In this document: positions 18,322-26,932 of the stretch, in pieces
Numbering within the stretch: the stretch's first letter is position 1
Layout: every line of letters starts with the position of its first letter
Assembly (NCBI GenBank): GCA_022797295.1
Contig: JAAWKH010000001.1
Span: 186,060 to 250,059 of the forward strand
Reading direction: 5' to 3'
DNA from: Peptococcaceae bacterium
Lineage (GTDB): Bacteria > Bacillota > Dehalobacteriia > UBA4068 > UBA4997
Length of the DNA: 64,000 nt
The notes under the pieces: model-generated
The model's input: only the letters and a program-made list of their open reading frames with translations
Told to the model about the DNA's origin: nothing
The model's database searches: none
Program-made: the position numbers and the translations under genes

Positions 18322-20409
18322 TTAATAGAACAAAAGCTGACTATAGGTGGGGAAAGGCCAGTATTTAGCGGCGCACAGACCCTCCAGCTTATCAGCAACA
18401 GCTCGCAGCTCATTCATTTTTGGCAAAACAGTGTCGTGATAGTACATTGCTTTAGCCTCTGAGCTTGGTAAATCGCTGTTGTTCAGCAAACTCTGCAAGT
18501 CGGTAATATTTTGAGATAGGTTATCAGTGCATTCGGAAATTTGAGTTAATAATTTTTCCTCAGCAACATAACCAACGCCAGCAATTTGTTTTTTAGCCAG
18601 CAGGCAATCGGCTAATTCGTGTGAATAGGTGAGAACAGCCGGTAAAATTTCGGTTTGAGCCATCTCTAGCATAGTCAAAGCTTCAATATGCAAAACCTTG
18701 TGGTACTCATCCATAATACTTTCTGCACGCGCTTGCATTTCCTTGCGGCTGTAAATACCTTGACGAGCAAACATAGCCACGTTTTTGGTTTCCATGTAGT
18801 GTGGCAAAGCCTCAGGTGTGGATTTTAGATTTAGCAAGCCGCGCTTTTCAGCTTCATCAACCCATTCTGGTGAGTAATTGTTGCCGTTGAAGATAATACG
18901 TTTGTGAGCGAGCAGCTGTTTTTTTAGGAATTTATTAAGGGCTTCGTCAAATTCAGCCGGGTCAACAGTTTCTAACTCATCAGCAAATACGCACAAGGTG
19001 TCGGCCACAATGGCATTCAAGATGATATTTGGGCAAGCCAGCGAGAAGCCGGAGCCTAACATTCTAAATTCAAATTTGTTGCCGGTGAAAGCAAAGGGGG
19101 AAGTGCGGTTGCGGTCGGTGCTGTCCTTGGGCAGTTTGGGCATAGCGCGCACTCCAAAATCCAGATAATCATTGCCCAGCTCCTCATAGGTTTTGTCGTT
19201 GGCCAAAGATTCAATAACTGCTTCCAGTTCATCACCGATAAAAACTGAAACAATGGCCGGCGGGGCTTCATTGGCGCCTAAACGGTGGTCGTTGCCAGCG
19301 CTGGCAACAGAAATACGCATCAAATCCTGATAATCATCCACTGCTTTGATGATAGCAGTTAGGTACGTTAGGAACTGCATGTTTTCGCGTGGTGTTTTGC
19401 CAGGCTCCAGTAGATTTTCACCCAAATCAGTAGCTATAGACCAGTTGTTATGTTTGCCTGAACCATTTACACCTTCAAAAGGTTTTTCGTGAAGCAGACA
19501 GGTCAGGCCGTGTTTGGCAGCCACCTTTTTCATCATTTCCATCACCAGCTGATTGTTATCTGTGGCGTTGTTGGTGGTGGAGTAAATGGTTGCCAACTCA
19601 TGTTGGGCAGGAGCCACCTCATTATGCCGAGTTTTGGCTAAAATGCCAAGCTTCCAAAGCTCTTCGTCCAAGTCCTGCATAAAATTGATAACGCGAGGCC
19701 GGATAGCGCCGAAATAATGGTCTTCCAGCTCTTGCCCTTTGGGAGGCATTGCGCCAAAGAGGGTGCGGCCGGTGAAGCGCAGATCCGCCCTTTGTTTAAA
19801 CATTTCCGCATCAATTAGGAAATATTCCTGCTCCGGCCCAACCGTGGTGCTGACGTGGGTGGCTTCAGTGTTGCCAAACAGGCGCAAAATGCGCAGGGCT
19901 TGTCTGTTGATAGCTTCCATTGAACGCAGCAGAGGAATTTTTTTATCCAGCACCTCGCCGCCATATGAGCAGAATGTGGTGGGGATACACAGGGTGTTAT
20001 CCTTGATGAAAGCGTAAGATGTTGGGTCCCAGGCGGTGTAACCGCGCGCCTCAAAGGTGGAGCGCAAACCGCCGGATGGGAATGAGGAGGCGTCTGGCTC
20101 GCCCTGGATTAAGTTGCGGCCGGAAAACTCCATAATCACGTTGCCACCTTCAGTGGGCTCAATAAAGCTATCGTGTTTTTCTGCGGTGAAGCCGGTTAAA
20201 GGCTGGAACCAATGGGTGTAGTGGGTTACTCCTTTCTGGATCGCCCAGTCCTTCATGGCCACCGCAACGGATTCTGCCAGGGAAGGGTCAAGTGGGTTGC
20301 CGGATTGAATGGTTTTTTTCAAAGCTTTGTAAACAGCTTTGGGCAAGCGTTCCTTCATTACGTTTTCATTAAAGACATTGCTGCCAAACAACTCAGGAAC
20401 ATTAGACAT
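18322..20409 (-). CDS. glnN: glutamine synthetase type III
   Basis: ~700-aa GS with type III N-terminal region. ATG at 20409 preceded by GGAGGTG. Confidence 0.85.
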   Translation of the reverse strand: MSNVPELFGSNVFNENVMKERLPKAVYKALKKTIQSGNPLDPSLAESVAVAMKDWAIQKGVTHYTHWFQPLTGFTAEKHDSFIEPTEGGNVIMEFSGRNLIQGEPDASSFPSGGLRSTFEARGYTAWDPTSYAFIKDNTLCIPTTFCSYGGEVLDKKIPLLRSMEAINRQALRILRLFGNTEATHVSTTVGPEQEYFLIDAEMFKQRADLRFTGRTLFGAMPPKGQELEDHYFGAIRPRVINFMQDLDEELWKLGILAKTRHNEVAPAQHELATIYSTTNNATDNNQLVMEMMKKVAAKHGLTCLLHEKPFEGVNGSGKHNNWSIATDLGENLLEPGKTPRENMQFLTYLTAIIKAVDDYQDLMRISVASAGNDHRLGANEAPPAIVSVFIGDELEAVIESLANDKTYEELGNDYLDFGVRAMPKLPKDSTDRNRTSPFAFTGNKFEFRMLGSGFSLACPNIILNAIVADTLCVFADELETVDPAEFDEALNKFLKKQLLAHKRIIFNGNNYSPEWVDEAEKRGLLNLKSTPEALPHYMETKNVAMFARQGIYSRKEMQARAESIMDEYHKVLHIEALTMLEMAQTEILPAVLTYSHELADCLLAKKQIAGVGYVAEEKLLTQISECTDNLSQNITDLQSLLNNSDLPSSEAKAMYYHDTVLPKMNELRAVADKLEGLCAAKYWPFPTYSQLLFY

Positions 20410-20446
20410 AAAATGCACCTCCAAAATTTCTTCCAATCTTTTTATT

Positions 20447-20477
20447 TGTTAACGAATGTTAACGAAAATTGTAAACA
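20447..20477 (-). promoter_or_regulatory. tandem TGTTAACGAA direct repeats (plus a third TGTAAAC) in the glnN 5' leader; candidate operator
   Basis: TGTTAACGAA at 20447-20456 and again at 20457-20466, then AATTGTAAACA. TGTNA half-sites at helical phasing. Confidence 0.4.
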
Positions 20478-20486
20478 GTTTTAATG

Positions 20487-20521
20487 AAAAAAAGCGCCGC
20501 AGGTAATATCCCCGCAGCGCC
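20487..20521 (-). terminator. intrinsic terminator-like hairpin located between the glnN promoter and the glnN start codon
   Basis: Minus strand GCGCUGCGGG-GAUAUUA-CCUGCGGCGC followed by UUUUUUU. Confidence 0.65.
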
Positions 20522-20539
20522 TTTGCTGAATACTCTAAT

Positions 20540-20568
20540 ATTATATGCCCTGCGCGTTTATTTGTCAA
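20540..20568 (-). promoter_or_regulatory. consensus sigma-A promoter TTGACA-17-TATAAT reading toward glnN
   Basis: Minus-strand -35 at 20563-20568 and -10 at 20540-20545, exact consensus hexamers with a 17-nt spacer. Confidence 0.7.
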
Positions 20569-20636
20569 TAGGGTAAATGCAAATATTTTTAATTTTTTTG
20601 TGCAAGTTACAAGCCTTTAGATGAAGCAAGATAAAC

Positions 20637-21404
20637 TTAGTTGTTCATAAAACGGCTTAAAAATTCCTGTGTACGCGGGTTTTGTGGGGCAGTGAATATT
20701 TGCTTTGGTGGGCCAGCCTCGGCAATAACACCAGCGTTCATAAAAATAGTGTGTGTGCTCACGTCGCGGGCAAACGCCATCTCGTGCGTTACAATAATCA
20801 TTGTCATGCCTTCCTCAGCCAGGCTGCGGATAACATCCAACACCTCGCCAACCATTTCCGGGTCCAGGGCGGAGGTGGGCTCGTCAAAAAGCAGTACCTC
20901 TGGCTGCATAGAAAGCGCACGGGCAATGGCCACCCGCTGCTTTTGGCCGCCGGAAATCTGGTTGGGCTTGGCCTTGATGTAAGGATCCATACCAACCTTG
21001 GTTAGGTATTTCATTGCCACTTCCTCGGCGTAGGCTTTGTTCTGCTTCAAAACCTGGGTAATACCTATCGTGCAGTTATCCAAAACAGTCATATTGTTGA
21101 ATAAATTAAAGCTTTGAAATACCATTCCCACTTTGGCGCGATATTTGGTGACGTTATTTTTTTTGTCCAAAATATTAACGCCTTTGTGCAGAATTTCACC
21201 ACCGGAAGGTGTTTCCAGCACATTAATACAACGCAAAAGGGTGCTTTTGCCGGAGCCGGAAGCGCCGATAATGCTGGTAACATCGCCGGGATAAATGGAA
21301 AAGTCAATATCCTTGAGCACCTGGTGGTTGCCAAAGGATTTTTGCAGATGCTTGACCTCCAAAATTGGTTCTCTGGTTGTTGATTGAATTGTTTGTTCTG
21401 GCAT
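20637..21404 (-). CDS. amino acid (Gln/polar) ABC transporter ATP-binding protein
   Basis: Walker [18 protein letters not shown] signature, Walker [23 protein letters not shown]. Confidence 0.85.
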   Translation of the reverse strand: MPEQTIQSTTREPILEVKHLQKSFGNHQVLKDIDFSIYPGDVTSIIGASGSGKSTLLRCINVLETPSGGEILHKGVNILDKKNNVTKYRAKVGMVFQSFNLFNNMTVLDNCTIGITQVLKQNKAYAEEVAMKYLTKVGMDPYIKAKPNQISGGQKQRVAIARALSMQPEVLLFDEPTSALDPEMVGEVLDVIRSLAEEGMTMIIVTHEMAFARDVSTHTIFMNAGVIAEAGPPKQIFTAPQNPRTQEFLSRFMNN

Positions 21405-21407
21405 TAT

Positions 21408-22205
21408 TTATACCCCCCTTTTATCGTGTTGGGTAGGAGCTGAAGTCATCCCGCTGGTGTGGGCCAATGTGTCGGTGGTGGATAAATCGTAATTATCCGC
21501 GCCGTCGATACGTTTTTCCACCAGGCGCAGCAGTCGGGAGGAAATCAGGGTCATTGTCAGATAAACGGCGCAGGCAATGCTCATTGATTCAAAATAGGTG
21601 TAATATACGCCAGAAACGGAGCGGGCGAAGAACATTAATTCAGTGGTGGAGATAACCGAAAGCACGGAGCTATCCTTAATATTAATGATGAAATTGTTGC
21701 CAATTTGCGGCATAATATTACGGATAGCCTGTGGCAGCACCACAAAAAGCATCGTCTGAACGTGATTCATACCAATAGCCTTGGCTGCCTCGGTTTGTCC
21801 TTTATCCACTGAAAAAATGCCGCCGCGCATAGTTTCAGCCATATAAGCGCCTGTGTTGATGGAGATAACAAAGAAGCCGGCAAAAAGCGGATCAATATGA
21901 TAAGATGTGTATTGAATGATACCGTAATAAATGAAACCGGCCTGCACCATCATTGGAGTGCCGCGGAAAAATTCCACATAAACACCAATTAAACACTTGG
22001 CTAAACGGACGACAATTTTTTTTGCGGGGCTGTCATTTTTTTCGACTGGAATGGTTTGAACAATGCCGCAGATGAAGCCGATTAAACAGCCGAAAAAGGT
22101 GCCGACAAGCGCCAGAAGCAATGTGATTTTGGCGCCGTCCAGATAACCGGGGCCGTAAGTTTGTATCAAAAATTGAACTTTTTCAAAAAAATTTTTTTCT
22201 GCCAT
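21408..22205 (-). CDS. amino acid ABC transporter permease (His/Glu/Gln/Arg/opine family)
   Basis: Polytopic membrane protein with the EAA-like loop motif. GAGAGGA RBS. Confidence 0.8.
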   Translation of the reverse strand: MAEKNFFEKVQFLIQTYGPGYLDGAKITLLLALVGTFFGCLIGFICGIVQTIPVEKNDSPAKKIVVRLAKCLIGVYVEFFRGTPMMVQAGFIYYGIIQYTSYHIDPLFAGFFVISINTGAYMAETMRGGIFSVDKGQTEAAKAIGMNHVQTMLFVVLPQAIRNIMPQIGNNFIINIKDSSVLSVISTTELMFFARSVSGVYYTYFESMSIACAVYLTMTLISSRLLRLVEKRIDGADNYDLSTTDTLAHTSGMTSAPTQHDKRGV

Positions 22206-22250
22206 TTTAATCCTCTCATTTACAGGTTGGTCAGTACAATTACACGCTCA

Positions 22251-22280
22251 AAAGGAGAGGCTGAAAAACGTCTCTCCTTT
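22251..22280 (-). terminator. intra-operon hairpin (partial terminator) between the binding-protein and permease genes
   Basis: Minus strand AAAGGAGAG-ACGUUUUUCAGC-CUCUCCUUUU. Confidence 0.5.
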
Positions 22281-22309
22281 CGGGCGGAAAATATTAAAAT
22301 TTTTGCATC

Positions 22310-23182
22310 TTATTCATTGGTCAAAGGCTGAATTTCAATGGCTTGGTTCATCATTTCCACAAAGTCCTCTTCAGTCATGTTGTTCAAAACGCTGTTCAGC
22401 TTGTCCAACAGCTCGGTATTACCTTTTTTCAGGGAGATACCAATGTTGATGTCCTCCTGGGAGGCTACAAAATCTTTGCCTTCTTCCATTTCCAGCAGCA
22501 CGAAGTTGGGGTAAACCAGCTTAGCGGCCATAGCGGTGGGTTGGTCTGTCACAATCAAGTCAACCGCACTGCTGTTTAAGGCAACCAACATCAAGGGTGC
22601 GCTTTCCATAGCCGGTTGAATGTCGGCGTCCGGGATTTGGGGCAGCATAACGTCGTACCAAACGGTTTTCAGCTGAGAGGTGCATTTGGCGCCGGCCAAT
22701 GCTTCAACGGAAGTGGCGTTGGCGTATGGCGTATCGTCACGCGTAACGGCGATAATTGAAGCATAATAGTAAGGAGCGGTGAAATCTACGCTTTCCATAC
22801 GCTCGGAAGTGATGGATTGGCCGGCAATGGCGCAATCAATAACGCCAGACTGCACAGCAATCGGCAGACTGTCCCAGTCGATTTTGTGAATTTCCAGTTC
22901 GTAGCCAATCTGGTCGGCCAGATACTTGGCCATCATAACGTCGTAGCCGTTGGCGTAGCTGTTGGTGTCCACAATCGGCACGGCGCCATTGCTGTCATCA
23001 TTTTGCATCCAGTTGTAGGGCGCATAGCCACATTCCATACCAACTCGTAATACTTTACCTTGTTCTTGGTCTTGAGTGCCGCCCTGATTGGTGGCTGGTT
23101 CCTTGCTGGTGCAGGCGCTCAGCCCAGCCAGCATACCGCACAGCAACAGCGCGGCGGTGATTAAATAAGCTAACTTTTTCAT
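22310..23182 (-). CDS. amino acid ABC transporter substrate-binding lipoprotein
   Basis: Signal peptide plus lipobox LSAC. Periplasmic binding protein family 3-like sequence. Confidence 0.8.
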   Translation of the reverse strand: MKKLAYLITAALLLCGMLAGLSACTSKEPATNQGGTQDQEQGKVLRVGMECGYAPYNWMQNDDSNGAVPIVDTNSYANGYDVMMAKYLADQIGYELEIHKIDWDSLPIAVQSGVIDCAIAGQSITSERMESVDFTAPYYYASIIAVTRDDTPYANATSVEALAGAKCTSQLKTVWYDVMLPQIPDADIQPAMESAPLMLVALNSSAVDLIVTDQPTAMAAKLVYPNFVLLEMEEGKDFVASQEDINIGISLKKGNTELLDKLNSVLNNMTEEDFVEMMNQAIEIQPLTNE

Positions 23183-23273
23183 TTTTTAATTCAATCCTTT
23201 CCATTTTTAGTAGCTTTTGGTTGGGGTTAAACTACATTTGTGACAAAATGCAGCAGAAAAACATTATATTATA

Positions 23274-23302
23274 ATTTTAATTTGATATTGCATTGATGTC
23301 AA
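23274..23302 (-). promoter_or_regulatory. sigma-A promoter (TTGACA-17-TAAAAT) of the ABC transporter operon
   Basis: Minus-strand -35 at 23297-23302 and -10 at 23274-23279. Confidence 0.5.
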
Positions 23303-23477
23303 GAGAGAAAGCATAAATTAATAAAGAACTTTGTATAATAAATACTATTGAGATTGGATTGTATTTTTTTTGTTCAAGGTATGGTAATTTAAATTTAGCT
23401 TTGTTATAATTAATAAAACAGGTTGCTAGCAGATTGATCTCAATAAGTTTTCATTATTTAAGGGGAGGAATATTCTT

Positions 23478-23963
23478 ATGAGTTTTATGGAAAAATTAAC
23501 TGATATGGCCAAAAATGCCGGCGGGGTTGCTCAGGATTTGGCTAAAAACGCTGGTGAGGCTGCGCAGGAGCTGGCCAAGGCGGCTCAGGACAAAGCGGCT
23601 TATTTGAAGGAGTTGCAAGGACTAAAATCCGCTATTCGGGAGCAGGAAGGGCTTATTGCTAAGGCTAAGATAGCGATTGCCGATAAAATTTTGGAAGCCA
23701 CAGACGGCCAAATTAGCCAAGAGGTGCAGGAGCTTTGCGCTAAGGTGCGTGAGGCCAAAAGTATGATTACTGGCCTAAAAAATCAAATTGAAAGCTTGCG
23801 CGCTTCAGCTGCGGTGAAAAATCCTGAAGTGGAAAAGGAGATCAATAAGGCGATTGCTGAAATTGACCGCCAAAATGCTTTGGATATAGCAGCTGATGTG
23901 GAGGAGGCAGCTGCCGAAGCAGAGGCCAAAATTGAGGCTGAAGCGGAAGTAAAGGCAGAATAA
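23478..23963 (+). CDS. hypothetical Ala/Glu/Lys-rich coiled-coil protein
   Basis: AAGGGGAGG RBS. Amphipathic low-complexity helical sequence with no TM segment. Confidence 0.5.
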   Translation: MSFMEKLTDMAKNAGGVAQDLAKNAGEAAQELAKAAQDKAAYLKELQGLKSAIREQEGLIAKAKIAIADKILEATDGQISQEVQELCAKVREAKSMITGLKNQIESLRASAAVKNPEVEKEINKAIAEIDRQNALDIAADVEEAAAEAEAKIEAEAEVKAE

Positions 23964-23968
23964 AGCTG

Positions 23969-25147
23969 ATGTTTGGTTTTCGTAAAAAATCCCCTGTTGA
24001 ATCAGGGGCTGCTGGTGAACCTGAAAGAGATTATACAGTATTTGCTGAAGGAATGCAGCAATTCTGGCGCCGCAGATTGCCTGGTGCAGAGTTGGGCCAA
24101 GACGGTGTAATTACAGTACCGGAGCTTGGTTTGCGTTTGTGGCAGGAGTTTTACCAACAACATCCGCAGATTTTGCAAATGGTTTTGCATTGCAATCATC
24201 CAGATTTTACAGATGACTTGACGGAGTTGCTGGTTGCCACTGGCGCCGATCCTGAAGAACAGCTGCAAGGCATGGCTGATCAGGTGGAGAGATTGGTGCT
24301 GGAGCCTTTGCTGAATGCTTTACAAGGACAAAATGGTACTTGGGAGGCTTGGCGTTTGCAAGGACGCGAGCATCTTTTTTTGGCTTGCGAAAGCTTACTT
24401 ATGGGGCGTTGTAAAGCTCAAGAGATCTTTGAGGAAAATGTACCGCAAAGCAGTTTGTGGCAGCGTTTTAAAGCTGAAATCATTCCTTATCTGGGTTGTA
24501 AGCGCAATTACTGGCTAAAGCTTTATCAAAGCAACTTTGCCAATGAGCTTAATTGTGAGGTGCGTATTAATGAGCGATTAGTGCCGGAGCTTAGTGAGCT
24601 TTTAACTCAGGACGCGCAAAAATATGCTGTAACAGATTGGGATCAAAAGCAAACCGTTATGTTGTTGCAGGATACGGCCACCAGCCTTGATTATCCTTTT
24701 AGCGCAGCTAAGGTGCGGGAATATGCTTTGCAGGCATTGAGGATGTTTGCGGCTGGTCAGGATAGCGATACAGTTTTTCAACGGTTGTGGGCTGATTGTG
24801 GTGATGTTTCTTTGAGCTGTGATTTGGCACATTATTTGCCGGAAATTTGCTGCTTTAAATGTGTGCGGGAGGCGGATACGCCTAACAAAACTTTTATTCT
24901 GCGCAGCAAGGGTTGGGCAGATGATTTGCAGCTTCGGGAAACTCAAATTGGCTGTTACGATTGGTGTGAACAGGCCATTAATGAGTTTTTCTCGGTTGAT
25001 AAGCCCAGCCGTGATACATTGACGCAGATAATTAGCTATGGCGCAACGGCCAAAGCGATGAATGCAGCTATTCAAAAGGGATCGCAGACCAAAAATATGC
25101 GTTTTAGCATGTTGTTTTGGGTACCGGATGATTATATACTGCGTTAA
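23969..25147 (+). CDS. hypothetical protein (392 aa, Cys/Trp-rich, no domain recognised)
   Basis: Begins 6 nt after the upstream stop (likely co-translated). Ends at a perfect palindromic terminator. Confidence 0.5.
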   Translation: MFGFRKKSPVESGAAGEPERDYTVFAEGMQQFWRRRLPGAELGQDGVITVPELGLRLWQEFYQQHPQILQMVLHCNHPDFTDDLTELLVATGADPEEQLQGMADQVERLVLEPLLNALQGQNGTWEAWRLQGREHLFLACESLLMGRCKAQEIFEENVPQSSLWQRFKAEIIPYLGCKRNYWLKLYQSNFANELNCEVRINERLVPELSELLTQDAQKYAVTDWDQKQTVMLLQDTATSLDYPFSAAKVREYALQALRMFAAGQDSDTVFQRLWADCGDVSLSCDLAHYLPEICCFKCVREADTPNKTFILRSKGWADDLQLRETQIGCYDWCEQAINEFFSVDKPSRDTLTQIISYGATAKAMNAAIQKGSQTKNMRFSMLFWVPDDYILR

Positions 25148-25191
25148 ACATTAAAGTACCACTGCTTTTTAAGCAGTGGTACTTTAATGTT
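25147..25191. terminator. bidirectional terminator: perfect 21-bp inverted repeat with 3-nt loop
   Basis: AACATTAAAGTACCACTGCTT-TTT-AAGCAGTGGTACTTTAATGTT between convergent genes. Confidence 0.8.
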
Positions 25192-25214
25192 ATTAATGAT
25201 TAATTTGTGTGAAA

Positions 25215-25463
25215 TCAGGCTTGTTCCGCCAGGCAAAGTCTGATAGCCTTGGCAATTTGGTCTGGACAGGAGGTTGGGCGGTTTCCACAGCGGGTGCCGT
25301 TTAGTAGTTCTGCTGTTTCCTGGGCTGGGCGGTTTAACACCAGCTTGGTGATGCCTTGCAGATTGCCGTTACAACCGCCTAAAATTTCCAGTTTGGTAAT
25401 TAAACCGTTTTCAATTTCAATTTCAATTTGGCGTGAACATACGCCTTTGGGAATGTAAATCAA
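25215..25463 (-). CDS. TSCPD domain protein (TIGR03905-like)
   Basis: YIPKGVCSRQI... and RPTSCPDQIAKAI motifs. Start probably the internal TTG (MIYIPKG) after GGAAAGGAAG. Confidence 0.55.
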   Translation of the reverse strand: MIYIPKGVCSRQIEIEIENGLITKLEILGGCNGNLQGITKLVLNRPAQETAELLNGTRCGNRPTSCPDQIAKAIRLCLAEQA

Positions 25464-25712
25464 TATGTTTCGCTTCCTTTCCAAAATATTCTTAAAAACT
25501 GATGTTATAATTATAGCATAATCTGTTATGAATTACAAACCTAAATCCATATTTGGAAAAAAAATTGTATCTTTCCTGATATTTTTCTAAAAAAATACAT
25601 AATAGTACTTGATTTTTTTAGCGAATGTTGTTATCTTAATATTAAAGACTATTATTTTAATGTCTTAAATATTATTAGGGGTAAGATATTTTATTTGAGG
25701 AGGTAATTTACT

Positions 25713-25886
25713 ATGATGAAAATTACAGATGAATGTATTGCCTGCGGCACTTGCCAAGGGGTTTGCCCAGCTGAGGCTGTGGAAACTAATGACGCTGGCG
25801 ACGGCTTCAAAATTAATCCGGATCTTTGTCTGGAATGTGGCGCTTGCGCTGCTGCTTGCCCGGTTGGGGCCATTGTGGAAGAGTAA
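25713..25886 (+). CDS. ferredoxin, 2x[4Fe-4S] clostridial type (57 aa; absent from ORF track)
   Basis: MMKITDECIACGTCQGVCPAEAV...PDLCLECGACAAACPVGAIVEE with two CxxCxxCxxxCP motifs. GGAGG 8 nt upstream. Confidence 0.8.
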   Translation: MMKITDECIACGTCQGVCPAEAVETNDAGDGFKINPDLCLECGACAAACPVGAIVEE

Positions 25887-25962
25887 ACTTTGGCTCAATC
25901 AACCAGCCGCCAGCCTCAAAGGGCGCGACTGGTTGAAATGGTTCTCACTAAGCTTTGTCTGC

Positions 25963-25999
25963 GTCCACTAAAGTGGACTTGCCAATCGCTAAGTGTTCA
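25963..25999 (+). repeat. copy A of a repeated 3'-region element: small hairpin + TTGCCAATCGCTAAGTGTTCA
   Basis: GTCCAC-TAAA-GTGGAC hairpin followed by the 21-nt motif. A near-identical copy lies at 63966..63997. Confidence 0.6.
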
Positions 26000-26009
26000 C
26001 ACAAAACAT

Positions 26010-26044
26010 AAAACGGCTGCTTTTTGTTAGGCAGCCGTTTTTGT
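26010..26044 (+). terminator. rho-independent terminator after the ferredoxin gene
   Basis: AACGGCTGC-TTTTTGTTAG-GCAGCCGTT followed by TTTTG. Confidence 0.7.
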
Positions 26045-26158
26045 GTGAAAACATTCATTTAGCTTTAGGCAAATGGAATCTTTAATAAAATGGTTGTTTT
26101 GTAGGCAAAAGTATGATATAATAATAAGAATATTGGGATAATTTTTGGATGTGATTTT

Positions 26159-26917
26159 ATGGATTTGGCTTATATTAATGATTTTTCGGCCCGATTGGGT
26201 TTGCCGTTTGAACCGGAACTGGTGCCAAAGCATGTGGCGATTGTGATGGATGGCAATGGTCGTTGGGCCAAACAGCGCGGTCAGGAGCGTAATTTTGGTC
26301 ATCGACGCGGCGTGGAAGCATTGGAAAATGTGGTTATCGGTTGCCGCAAGCTGGGTGTGCGTTATCTGACGGTTTATGCTTTTTCTACTGAAAATTGGAG
26401 TCGTCCTAAAGCGGAAATTAGCATTTTAATGGGTTTGCTGAGCGAATTTGCAGATAAAAAGCTGGCTCGTTTGAAAGCTAATCAGGTGCGGGTTCAGGTA
26501 ATAGGTGATTTTGCTGGTTTGCCAATGCTGCAACGCCTGGCCTTGCGTCATTTGTTGGATGAAACAGCTAACGAGCAGGAGTTAGTCTTAAACTTAGCCT
26601 TAAATTATGGTGGTCGAGCGGATATTTTACAGGCTATTAAACAGGCTGCTTATCAGTTGCCGCCAGATAAGTTGCAAGCTATGACTGAAGCTGAATTTAA
26701 CGGTTTTTTGCAGACTGCCGGTCAACCCGACCCAGACTTGTTGATTAGAACCAGCGGCGAGTTGCGTTTGAGTAACTTTTTGCTGTGGCAGTTGGCTTAC
26801 GCAGAATTTTATTTTACAGATGTACTTTGGCCTGATTTTGATGAAGCAGAGCTATTCCGGGCCATCTGTGCCTATCAGAAACGTTCTCGGCGGTTTGGAG
26901 CTGTTGTGGAGGCTTAA
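26159..26917 (+). CDS. uppS: isoprenyl transferase (undecaprenyl diphosphate synthase)
   Basis: HVAIVMDGNGRWA, YLTVYAFSTENW and other UppS motifs. Confidence 0.9.
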   Translation: MDLAYINDFSARLGLPFEPELVPKHVAIVMDGNGRWAKQRGQERNFGHRRGVEALENVVIGCRKLGVRYLTVYAFSTENWSRPKAEISILMGLLSEFADKKLARLKANQVRVQVIGDFAGLPMLQRLALRHLLDETANEQELVLNLALNYGGRADILQAIKQAAYQLPPDKLQAMTEAEFNGFLQTAGQPDPDLLIRTSGELRLSNFLLWQLAYAEFYFTDVLWPDFDEAELFRAICAYQKRSRRFGAVVEA

Positions 26918-26932
26918 CAATGAAGCGGAGGT

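Noticed and set aside
20437-20480. Canonical GlnR/TnrA box (TGTNA-N7-TNACA) upstream of glnN
   Set aside because: The best candidate, TGTTAACATTCGTTAACA (minus orientation), has an 8-nt rather than 7-nt spacer. Reported as tandem repeats of unknown regulator instead.
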